NCBI RefSeq assembly: GCF_030144855.1
Contig: NC_082724.1
Span: forward strand, 47,058,001-47,122,000
Origin: Hypanus sabinus
Lineage: Eukaryota
Direction: 5' to 3'
DNA length: 64,000 bases
Under the pieces are notes generated by a model. That model was not told the DNA's origin, did not search any database, and worked only from the letters and a program-made list of their open reading frames with translations. A program made the position numbers and the translations under genes. Positions 39,684 to 51,654 of this stretch are shown in pieces (the first letter of the stretch is position 1; every line of letters begins with the position of its first letter).

Positions 39684-42600
39684 CTTTTATCCAAATAGAA
39701 AGCCATTTGCCAATTTTCAACCTCTTATCTAACTGATTAAGGCCCCCCGTCACTTTTGGTAGCCTTCTGTATGTCTTATCCCAGCAACTGCTCTACCAGC
39801 CTGGGGTAAACCCATACTATCATTTAGCTACTCACTGTCTCCATCAATTACCACATGTGCCCAATCTCTCCTTCACAAACAGCACAATGGTAGTCTCCCT
39901 TTCTGCCACCTGTTCAAGTATGATGACTATATCACCCTATCATAGGTCAAAGTGGCACAGGACTGGAAATTGCAGGAGCCAATAACCAGAGACAGGTGAA
40001 GGGACCTCCATTTCTATGGAAGCATTTTAAACCAAACCATTCAATACATTCAAGAAGCCATTAAATATTTTTTCTAAGGATTGGAGGGATTAATGGAGTT
40101 GGGATAAATTTGAAACAAGAGTTCAATTTGAATAATCAGTCATGATCGTATTGATTGCTTGAGCAGGGTCATCATATCAAATGGTCTACAGCTCCTATTT
40201 TCTATATTTATATTTCAGAGGCTTTTATCAGTAACAGAGTTAAACTATTAGGCTATGATGATATTCTCCCACTTGTGTTCCTTCCCATATTCCCAGTTTA
40301 TCTAAACCCACACTGTTTTCTCATTTAAAATCTGTACGTTGTCAAATATGTACCTTCCTCACCGCAATCCTCCTCTGATATCTTTAAAATGGCCAGGTGA
40401 AAGGCAGAAGTTGAAGAGCAAGGACAAGTAACAAAATGAACACTCCAGAGTGAATTCACGTTTACCGGCCCCAGTCTAGTCAACCCAATTTAGCTTTGAG
40501 GTGGGATATGATCGTGGTGAGACTCTGGAGAAGTTGAGCTGCAGGCAGTGCAGGGGAATGAGCTACCCAGATGCTATCAGATCAGATTTGAGTTCAATTA
40601 CAGAGAACTCACACGTAGATTTGAGGGAAATGCAGTGAATCCGTCTAATGTGAATCAGTCTAATGGAGATCCATCATAAAAAGCTTGGTGCATCAGGAGA
40701 GCTGCCAAGAAGCTTGCATCAGTATCAAGATGTATGAAGGAATCTGGCGTTGACTTTGAAGCACACACTGCCCAATATAGAAGTGATGGGAATGCAATAT
40801 TCCACCAATGGAGCTCTCCATGATTAGCTCTAATCTTCATTGATGATGGTCCACCTTCCATTCAGCAGGACCAGAAACCATCCAATGCATGAGCACTGCT
40901 TTGCAAGCTCACATGTAACTTCAACCAACATGCATTTCTGCTACTCGTATGAGCACAAAATAACCTGAAGCTAGAGCTTCTGAAGATCATCTTCTAAGCC
41001 CAAACCAAGCATCCTACAATATATGAATCATTCTTACTCGGCTGCAATCTATAGGTTAACACTGCCTGGGAGGACTGTGATAGATAAAGAAAATGCTCAA
41101 ATAACTGGCATTAGCAGAATGCACAAGACAATTAGATAATGTAACCTCCCTTGCAATACAAGCTGAGTTCTCTGACAAAGTCACTTGCAAATTTTCATTC
41201 TGTGTAGATTTCTATTTTCCATTATGCCTAAGCATTATGCTTAGCAGAGGAACTTGGAGGTTTGTGAATGAGGGATTGATGTGGGCTAGCTGGTAGCACA
41301 CTTAGATAAGCTATTGACTGATAGCCAAGGCAAAACAGCTGAGTGGGATGTTTTCTTTCTTCCTCTTACACTACTTGTCCTCCTATCGCTTCCCTTCATT
41401 TTAGTATCTTACTGTGCTATTGGTAATGAAGGATGAGCACTCAGGATGGAAGCATACAACAGTGTTTCTTGACTCCTGTTCTGCTGAGTCCCTCATTATA
41501 CTTCTAAAGCTGCAAGATGGATATTTTGTTTGGATGCTTTGACTGTTGTCTTTCAACGGCAACATGATCTTCACTGTTCATTCATGGCCTTGTATGCGTG
41601 GGTTGCACAGCTTAATTATAGGTAAATTCATCAGCTAAAAGCACTTTCCATCCAATGGCTGCCCTTCAGTTTGTGTAGTTTCTCAAATGCATATAGCACA
41701 GTAAATTGCTTTAGATCAGGATGCAGCTGCGAAAGTGGCCAGGATGATTTCTCAACCAATGGTCACCACTGGCTGACTATTGACAGAATAGCATTCCTCA
41801 GTGACGTGAAGAGTCCAATGAAGGGATAGCCACTATCAAGTTGTACATGGGGCTTCCTGCAGTCTTTGTTACATTGTCGCAATATTGGCTGCTACCTTGC
41901 AAGAGAGGTGTCAATGAATGATGGCTGCTGAGTGGACCACGTGCCTTTTGGTGAGAGACGTTTTCAACTTCCTCCTTACCCCTCTTCCAGAAACCTTTTG
42001 TGCTCTAAGTTGCTTCTGCCTGTTCTGTCAGTCACGAGGACATTAATTACCAAAGCACCAATATCAGGGAGCAACTAGTTTGCACAGAGTGTAGAGGTCA
42101 AGAACAAGATCCACAAGGAAAGAGACAATCATGTGCACCCTATGGAGGAGCATGCACACTACCTCTTGCACTTCCCTTCTTGGTCTTCTGTAGTAGATAG
42201 CAACATGGTATACAATAAACCCAGCCCAACCACGATCAAGCAACTCACTAATGGGGTAGACCTGTGCAGTACTTCATGTTCTTCATATCCAGCAGTGTCC
42301 TGCAATGGTAAAAAAGATGTAAAGTTACATCTTTGCTTGGACCCAGAGCACATCGCCATTTTACTTGGTCAATCCTTCCTTGATTGGCATATGAGTGATA
42401 ACCATATCATAGAAGAACTGATTATTTTCAATGTTTATAGCAAGTACCCAGTGAAAATAGATCCTTCGACCTTTTCCCCTAGGATGAGGACAGAGTTGGC
42501 AAAATAGACTTTAGGATGCTACTTTCTCTCTTACTGTCTCTCCTTCTTCTACATTTTTTTCTTTGCTTTCAGGTGACAGGTGTGGAAGATATTGCTGAGA

Positions 42601-43604
42601 GTAGTGGGCTATCTACACTGAGGTATTCTAGGGAAATTATAGTTCTCAGCTCTTTTCCTATCTCTTTCTATAACATGCTCACTCCCATTGGAGGTCATTC
42701 TCAACTCCATCTCCTTCATCAAGATAACCACACAGTTTTTGTATTCAATATGAATCCCCCTTGCCCTACCTCCTTGTGATTAGATGGAGCATTCTCACTT
42801 CAGCTTCAAACTGCAAAGTGTCATGCTGCTTTATCTTAACAATGTGATGCATCTGATGTCTTTCATTGCGTCTGTGCATTCATATACTTGTGTACAGTAA
42901 ATAACAGTAAAATAGACTTTGGCATTGTCTTGCTTGCTCTCATTCACTGTACTATCTGAACAAGTGCATTAGTGTGGTGTTTTATATGACTTCCTATGAT
43001 GAACATCAGGTTTGTAATGGATGCTCTTGAATGGTAAGATTAGAAGCTTACCCTGCTTTGCCAAAACATGTGTGAGCTCAAAAGCTGGATAAAGACATGG
43101 CTACCTCTGCGTATACTTGGACTGGGCCAATGCCAACTAACTGTTGCTGAATCTAGATAAGAATGAATGTGCACAAAACTGAGGTAATATTGGAGTTTAT
43201 AATGGAGCTATGTTCAATACATTCACCCAGATGGAAAGTAATCAATACAATAAGAAAGTGCTATGGCAGAAGTATTTGGAGCTAAGAAGTTGTTCTAATC
43301 CTGTTAACTATACTTCGTGGTCGGGGTGGTGAAAATAATCAGTTTATCAAGGCACAAATGGTATCTTATTTCATAAAGTTGTTACAAAGTGAAACTGACA
43401 GGCCTGAGTCAGATATCCTGCACGTTCAGCAGAAGCTGTTTAACAGTCAGTGTTGTACACTAACAAAGTTAACCTTCATCCATTTTAAGATTGAAGAACA
43501 TTAACTGTTTAATCACTCATTGCTTGTCTTATTTCTTAAACACTTTAATCAATGAAGCAACCCATACCAGCATACAACAATACCTAGACAACATGGAATT
43601 GGAA

Positions 43605-43953
43605 ATAAGAAATTCCCTCCGCTTCTCTTTTCTTCTATTCCCCAGTCTGGCCTCTTACTTCTTAACACCTGCCTATCACTTCCCCTGGGTCCCCTCCTCG
43701 TTCCCTTTCTCCTATGGTTCAATCTCCTCTCATATCAAATTCCTTCCTCTCCAGTCTTTTGCCTTTCCTACCCACCTGGCTTCACCTATCACCTGGCTAT
43801 CCTCCTTCCCCTCCCCCATCTTTTTATTCTGCCATCTTCTCCCTTCCTTCTCAGTCCCAAAGAAGGGTCTCGGCCTGAAACATTGACTGTTTATTAATTT
43901 CCACAGATGCTGCCTGACCTGCTGAGTTCCTCTGGCATTTTGAGTGTATTGCT
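43605..43953 (+). mobile_element. PLE terminal fragment with a 12-bp TSD
   Basis: Pyrimidine tract + degenerate hammerhead (43852-43889) + gatgctgcctgacctgctgagttcc; flanked by atggaattggaa (43593-43604, 43954-43965). Confidence 0.85.
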
Positions 43954-43965
43954 ATGGAATTGGAA

Positions 43966-44320
43966 TTTTTTTTATTGTCACAAGTGGCGAGGAGCAGTAC
44001 ACTTGCCTTGAATATTGTTCATACTGTGCATTGAAGTAGTACAAGCAAAACAATAACAGAATGCTGAATAAAGTGTTACAGCTACAGAGAAGTGCAGTAA
44101 AGAGGGACGATAAGGTGCAGGATCATAATGAGGTAGAGCATGATGTCAACAGTCTATTTTACTACTCATTCAATAACTGTGGGGTAGAAGCTGTTCTTAA
44201 GCCTGATGGTACATGTTTTCAGGCCTTTGTATCTTCTGCCCAATGGGAGGGGGGTGAAGAGAGGATGACTGGGGTGGGTGGGGTCTTGGCTGGCTGCTTT
44301 ACTGAGGAAGCAAGAAGTAA
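43966..44320 (-). mobile_element. Rex1-like LINE 3' remnant
   Basis: tttattgtcac...gggtagaagctgttcttaagcctgatggtac (reverse complement of the TxRLKNSFYP region). Confidence 0.6.
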
Positions 44321-45059
44321 CTAAAATTGGTCACACTAGAAAAATCATCAACAAACCTAACCATTTACACTTGATGTTCAATCACGTGGCCTTTGCCACA
44401 CATTCTCCATTCATCACCAGAGGGACCAGGAACTCAGCTGGATCAGTCACAGGACTGTAAGTGTAGAGAAATAGTCAGGTATTACACATCAAACAACCCA
44501 GTCCTTGATACACAATGTCATTCCACTATCTACATAGAATGGTGTCACCAGTGTCATAAAATCATCCAAATTTTTGTGAATGAGTGCATCTCTAACAATA
44601 TTCAATGCTGAATACTATCCAGAACATAAGCACCTATTCAATTAGCACATGGTTCACCACCCAAATAATCACTCCCCTTACCTCTGGTATTTGTAGTGTG
44701 TGACATCTAAAATTATAATGCATTTATTTGCCTTGACCACTCCAACCTTGCAACATTTAACCTCTGGGCCCAGGAAGGGCAAGGACAGCAGATGCACAGG
44801 AACTCTGGCTGTTGGTACCCCACCCATGCACACTCTATCTGGACTTGGGAAAGATATTGCTTTTTTCATCATTTCTGTATCTGTACTCTAAAAACCTACT
44901 CGAAGCACCATCACCTTCCCCATAAGTAATACGGTGATTGAAGAGCTGGTTGACCTCTGGGAAGATTTTGTTCAGCTCTCTTACCAGAACGCTTAAACCC
45001 AGAGGAGTTAGTTTCAGTGTGGAAATGTGAACCTGTCTTCAGTTTCCTTGTCAGTTACA

Positions 45060-46697
45060 AAATGTATACCATTCTTTCTTACAAAACAATTGTCACTACT
45101 TGATTGACACTAACAACTTCCTGTTGATGGTGCCACCTATGTCCAAAAAGAAGACATAAGGAATTGCCCTCCACCACTGCCCTCTTCCATCTGATGGAAC
45201 TGAACCTTAACCCTCATCAATTTCTCTCTTGATTCCTCCCACTTTCACCAAACCACCAGTGTAGCCATGCGCACCCACATGAGCCCTAGCATTGCCTGCC
45301 TATTCATCGACTAAATGGACAATCCACATTCCAAGCTATACTGGTAATACTCCCCAACTCTTTCTCCAGTACATTGGGTGCTTCCTGCCCCCATGCTGAG
45401 CTCGTCAATTTGAACATTTTGGCTCCAACTTTCACCCTGCCCTCAAATTTCCTTGGTCTAAATCTGACACTTCTCTCCTCTTTCTCAATTTCTCTTTCCC
45501 TCTTTGGAGGTAGATTTTCCACTGATATCTTTACAAACTTACTGAGTCTCTGAGTTATCTTGAGTATACCAGCATCACTTGACTCAGTTCCCCAGTCTCT
45601 GCCACATCTGTTCTCAAAACAAAGCTGTTCATTCTAGCATATCTGTGATGTCCTCCTTTTTCAAAGAAATGGAGATCTCTTCCACCACTATCGATGCTGC
45701 CCTCACCCACATCTCTTCCACCACGCCAGCTTGCCCTTGGCCCATAACAAGGATAGGGTTGTACTAGTCCTTACCTACCACCCCACAAGCCTCTTATCGG
45801 GTACATCATTCTCTGTAACTTCCAGCATCTCCTACCATTAAACACATCTTTTCTTCCCCACTACTCCCTGCTCTCTGTGGGAATGTTCTCTTGTTCACTC
45901 ATTCCTTCCCATTGATCTCCCTCCTGGCATTTATCCCTGCAAATGTTACACAAGCTACATCTGTCCCTATAACTCCTCTATCACCGCCACTCAGGGCCCC
46001 AAACAGATTGTATGATACTTCTCTCACGAGCCTGTTCAGGTTATCTATTGTATTTTGTGCTTCTGGTGTGTCCTCCTCTACATCGGTGAAATTCAATGCA
46101 GACTGGGGGACCAATCTGTCAAGCATCCTATCTTTGTCCACCACGAAAGGCAGGGCCTCCCAGAGGCTACCCATTTTAATTTGGCTTCCCATTCCCATTT
46201 TGACATGTCTGTCCATGATGAGGTTAAACTCAGGCTGGAGGAGGAACACTTCATATTTCATCCGGGTAGCCTCCAACCTGATAGCATGAGCATCAATATT
46301 TCTAACTTCTGATAATTACTCTCCCCTCTCTTTTTCCATTCCCCATCCTGGTTCTCCTCTCAGTATTTCTCTTTTCCTCATCTGCTCATCATCTTCCTCT
46401 GATTCCTCTTCTTTCCTTTCTTGCATGGCCCACTTTCCTCTCCTATCATATTCCTCCTACTTCAGCTCTTTATCTTTTCCATCCATCCCCTACCCATTGA
46501 CACACCTATCCCCTCAGCTGGCCTCTTCTATTGCCTACCACTTTGTACTCCTTCTCCTCCACAAACTTATTCTGGCTTCTTCTCCCTTCGTTTTCAGTCC
46601 AGATGAATAGTCTCATCCTCTAAGGAGGGAAATACACCAAGACTGTTTATTCCCCTCCCTAGATTGTTCAGTTCCTCCAGCATTTTTCTGTGTTGCC
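45060..46697 (+). mobile_element. Penelope-like retroelement remnant (RT and GIY-YIG endonuclease remnants plus terminus)
   Basis: RT remnant ..SHFHQTTSVAMRTHMSPSIACLF (cf. GVAMGTxMGPSYAxLF); GIY-YIG remnant VIYCILCFWCVLLYIGE..RLGDQ..KH, ATHFN, EEHFIF..GSLQP..M; followed by the same terminus as the short copies. Confidence 0.85.
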
Positions 46698-46699
46698 TA

Positions 46700-47050
46700 A
46701 TGACTTGTACAACTATAAAAAAAAAACTCCCTAATTTCAAAGTCTATCCCCTTCACAATAAAAGCTAAGGCATTATTTTCTGCTTGAACTACTTGTTGGA
46801 CCTGCCTGCTAACTCTTTATGATTCTCACGCTAAAACACTTGGATCCCCCTGAACTTTACTTGTTTGCCTTCTCTCTCCATTTGGAAAATAATCCAACTT
46901 TTGGCTCCACTTATCAAATTGCAAGTCCTCACACCTCCCAGCGTTAACCTTCATTTGCCAGGTTTGCGCTCAATCATTCTATTTCTGTCTGGTTAGAATC
47001 ACAACATCCTCATCACAACACCTGTGATCATTGGCAAACATTGAAACTTT
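46700..47050 (-). mobile_element. Old CR1-like remnant
   Basis: Degenerate antisense RT-region sequence (cacacctcccagcgttaaccttcatttgcca). Confidence 0.45.
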
Positions 47051-49496
47051 AAATTTTTATTGCCCACCTTACATTCACAAGAAAGGCTAAGCTTCTGATC
47101 TAGCCAGCTATATTTTTTCCTAAATGAAGATTAAAAAAATATGGTAGTATGTAATTGACTTTCTTGGTTTCTTATGTGCACACTCAAACCTGGCCTGATG
47201 TTGATCTACTTTTTGATAATGGTCACTCATATTTATGGTCCTGTATATGTACACCAATTCCTCATTATCTGCTGATTTACTGCTCACACAAGTTGAGTAT
47301 TGTTTGGAGTAAGCATCATGTTCTCTCCAGTTGTACATAGTCAATCCTGTCTGCCGTGTGATTTATTGTATTTGATGTCTTAAAGTTCAAGTTCATATTT
47401 AATTGTCATTCAGCCATGTATATGAACGCAGCCAAACAAAACACTGTTCCTTCTGGGCCAAGGTGCAAAACACAGTACCAATGGCACACAACACATATAG
47501 CTCCTGTAATTATGATAGCAGAAAAACATACACTTACAAAAAATATATTTTAAAAGCATCGATCAAGTCTGTGAGTATCATTGGCCTGTGGACTGAAGGT
47601 GCATGGATGTTGTCTAGATCCATGTTTTTGCAAGAACAAGCCTGCAGCAGTTTGCCATCTCGTGCAAATGAAGCTGCAGAGAAATGCAATTCAGATTGTC
47701 TTCTACTAAGCGAACACTTGTGCTGATCGAAAGGGAAATATCTATAGTTAATTTTTAGCTAGGCCTAAGGTTGGGATTACTGGGATCTTGTCTGCAGACT
47801 AAATGGCATCCAGAATCAGAACCGGGTTCAAGAAAACCAGAGGCCAGAAATGTGCATAGGGTTATGGCTGGAGTCATGGTGTGGGGTAGTGAGTCAAATG
47901 TGTGACTGGAGCTGAGCTCAAGATAGGGAGCACTGAGTCAGGAAAATGGGAAGATTTGCAACAGGAATCAAGATCCAATGTTTAACCAAGCAGAATCACA
48001 CAAACTAACCTTCCATCGAAGTTGCATCTATGGAAGGGTTAATCATAGTACATCATTCGAACTTTAGTTTCATTGCTAGTGACTTATCCACATGTTTTGC
48101 TCTCCAGTGTAGTCCTTGACAGAATCCCTCATAATTAATTTGGGCTTAGAGTACACACTTGCACTGTCCCTGCCTGACATTCCCTCCGTCCCTGCAGTTG
48201 GACTGATTATTATTAACTATAGACACCTGCTACCTTGCAGTTTAAAGACCTGCAAATTCTGAATTTTAACATACGCAGCAGAAATTGAGTCACATTCTAT
48301 TAGATATCCCTCGTTCTTTTTGCATCAGAAAATTTTAGACTCTTTAGCCAAAGATGATAAATCTAATTTTATGTAAACAGCCATATAAAGCATAGGAAGA
48401 TGTGAGAGCAAGAGAAGAAAACCTAACAATGAAATCAGTTAGATAAAAGTTCCTTCTTCCACATGGTAATTTTGGTGTTGACAAGAACTCTGTATACATT
48501 TTGAAATGTATGAATAATGTCGACTAAATGTTCTGTTTTGTTTCCATTGGTTTATCTTATTCCCCACATGCCCCCAGGCATGCTGATGTTTGTTGACAAT
48601 TGCTTTCCCTTTGGGAATTAAGGCAACACTACTGCCAATGAGAGTCATACATGCAACATGCCGCATGCACCCTCCCTTTGTCACTCTCAGTAAAGCTGCC
48701 TGATTCATCTCCTCAAAGCTGTCATTAAACCATATCAAACATGACCTGAATTGTAATAACATTACATAGGGAAGTCCCAGCTGACGAGCCCGAGGTGTGA
48801 TTTCAAGCTACTGCAGAGAGATGACAATTTTTTTTCCTGAACTGAATAGCAGATAACTCTTGCAAAGTATCAAATTGTCAAAAGGACTGATCCAAAAAGG
48901 AAGTGCTGATATATGACCTGGATCACTCTCTGATTTATGGTTGTTTCTGTTATCCAGGAATAATTGGGTTATTTCATCCTCAATTTATGTGTCGTAATTT
49001 TTGCATGTTTCTTATGCAGTAGCCCATTGCAATTGTGAAACAGAACTGTTGGAGAGTAGGCCAACATGCCTACTGAAGGAGTCAACTACTTCAGATAAAC
49101 AGTGATTTTGATTAAAATATTATTCAATTACAACATGAGAAATAAAATAAATGAAGAAAATAAGTTGTGTATGGGAAAATTAAAAAATAATATGACTATG
49201 AATAGTGATGGTGGATCCTGGTGAGAAACTGCTATGATGTACTGTTATCTTGAAATAAATATTACGATCACTATTGCGGGAATAGTTCATCGTATTACAC
49301 AGAAATAGTCTCTAAAGTAGACCTCTGTTCTCAACCATGTTACTGCTAACTTGGCGTAAAATCTTCTAAGACTAGTAGAATGAGAGGTCACCTCATTAAG
49401 ACATGCACAATCCCTCCAGGCTACTTCCTATCCTCCTTCGGGTTTCCTGTTTGCAGTGTTGGTTTGGAACATAGTTCACTGAAAGAAAACTGTCCT

Positions 49497-49622
49497 TGGA
49501 ATGGTCTCAGCCAGAAATGACGACTGTACTTTTTCCCCTGATGCTGCCTGGCCTGCTGAGTTCCTTCATCATTTTGTGTGTGTCACTTGGATTTCCAGCA
49601 TCTGCAGATTTTCTCTGGTTTG
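49497..49622 (+). mobile_element. Short PLE terminus
   Basis: ggtctcagccagaaatgacgactgtac...gatgctgcctggcctgctgagttcc...ccagcatctgcagattttctc. Confidence 0.8.
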
Positions 49623-50855
49623 GGACAAGATTACCCTGTTTTTTGGAAGAACTAATTCTGAATATTGATTTGAATGCATAGATAAGTCATTTTTTGGGAT
49701 GAAAGTAGTGTCTGAAAGGGAACAGCTGTATTTAGCTGCTAGATATGTAATTGAAAATACATTGTATTAATTTATTATTGTCATGTACTATATACTAAGA
49801 TACAGTAAAAAGCTCTTGATTTGCATGCCTTTCAGACAAATTGTGCCAGACATAGTTACATTGTGCTAATGAAAACAATGTAGAATATAATGTTTCTATT
49901 GCAGAGAAAGCAGATTACAGGTAGACAAGTAATATCCAAGAGCTACAATGAGGTAGATTGGGAGACTGTGTTCATCTTATGGTATGAGAAGTCCATTCAA
50001 GCATTGTTGGGATAGAAGCTGTCCATAAGTCTATTTTACATTATGTGCACTGTTGTGAAAGAGGTTTGAGTTTCTGACCCTTTGCAAAGCAAGATAGAGA
50101 TAGATCCTGAAAGTCAAGCCAATTATTCATTTCATGGAGCTCAATGGTTCTAAATGTTAGACAAAGTTAGTACCCTTCCCCATATTGGCTTAATCATTAG
50201 ATTAATATTTGTCTTCACAGCAAATGTTGCAGAGTTAGTAAAGACAGACTTTGCTTCAGGGTTTGACTTTACTCTGGCTTCATGGATGCAATGCACAAAC
50301 CACATTGTGCTAAGCAGAGTTTACCATTGTAATAAACTGTCCCATTGTCTTTTTGGAAGTGGTTCTCTCCTAAATAAAAACAAATTTTAAAAAGTTGCAC
50401 AGTTGATTATAGAGTGGATCGATTGAGAAAACTTTGAGGTATTTTAAGCACATACCTTTGCCTGAATTCTTGGGTGCAGATATGAAACAAAATAAGCATT
50501 AACAGTGTTTGGATTGAAGTAGAAATGCTTGCACCAAAGTGTAATCTAGCAACAAACTAAACAGCTAAAGTGTATTTAAATGGACAAATTCCTGCTTGTG
50601 AGAACATGGATGATGTTGCCTTGATATATCACATCTATGTAGGCAATCTGAAAGCAAAAAAAGAAAGAGAACTCACAAACAATGGCCTTGCAACGAGATA
50701 CTGATCTAGCTCTATGTTACAAAGATCATGCTTCACTGACCTCTAGTTGAGGCCCACAAATATTTTAATTCTGAAGCAAGACTATTGAATTATTTGCAGT
50801 GATTCTATTGGTACCTTTCAGCTAAAGTCTTAGAAAGGTATATCTGAATCCATTT

Positions 50856-51574
50856 AAGCAACACACAGAAAATGCTGGTGGAACACAGCAGGCCAGGCAG
50901 CATCTATAGGAAGAAATACAGTCCACATTTTGGGCTGAGACCCTTTGTCAGGACTAACTGAAAGAAGAGATTGTAAGAGATTTGAAAGTGGGAGGAGGTG
51001 GAGGAGATCCGGACTGATAGAAGAAGACAGAAGGGGGAGGGATAAAGCTAAGATTTGTAAAGTTGATTAGCAAACGCGATGCAGAGCTGGAGAAGGGAAA
51101 GGATCATGGGATGGGAGGCCTCAGGAGAAAGAAAGGGAGAGGGGAGCACCAGAGGAAGATGGAGAGCAGGCAACCAGTGATTATGAGAGGGACAGAGAGA
51201 GAAATGGGGGGGGGGGGGGAAGAGAGAATAATAAATAAATAAGGGGTGGGGTAAGAAGGGGAGGAGGGGCATTAGCAGAAGTTGGGCCTCCTGTCCCATG
51301 ATCCTCCCCCTTCTCCAGTTGTGTATCCCTTTTGCCAATCGACTTTCCAGCTCTTAGCTTCATCCCTCCCCCTCCTGTCTTCTCCTATTATTTTGGATCA
51401 TCCCCTCCCACTTTCAAATCTCTTACTATATTTCTTTCAGTTAGTCCTGATGAAGGGTCATGGCCTGAAACGTCAACTGTACTTCTTCCTATAGATGCTG
51501 CCTGATCTGCTGCGTTCCACCAGCATTTTGTGTGTGTTGCTTGAATTTACAGCACCTGCAGATTTTCTCGTGTT
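50856..51574. mobile_element. Head-to-head (inverted) PLE termini, 719 bp, 13-bp TSD
   Basis: Arms at ~50856-51120 and ~51285-51542 are reverse complements; tctgaatccattt at 50843-50855 and 51575-51587. Confidence 0.92.
51443..51479 (+). ncRNA. Minimal type I hammerhead ribozyme motif (PLE-associated), catalytic core intact
   Basis: agtc-CTGATGA-a-GGGT-catg-GCCT-GAAA-CG-TC-aact; predicted cleavage after C51474; one mismatch in stem I relative to the family consensus (gact). Confidence 0.7.
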
Positions 51575-51654
51575 TCTGAATCCATTTTTCACTTTGAATG
51601 AAGTTATTCCCTCTTCGAACAACTCAATCATGCCCCACAAATCTTTACCAAAAT

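Noticed and set aside
40400-42500. Possible ancient RTE/LINE remnants and ORF 42133-42507
   Set aside because: Only vague motif resemblance; too degraded to call without a profile search.
42573-42622. VEDIAE peptide resembling the preceding mGluR exon (HEDIAEG)
   Set aside because: Only five residues match; no SDSWG or PKR context; chance similarity.
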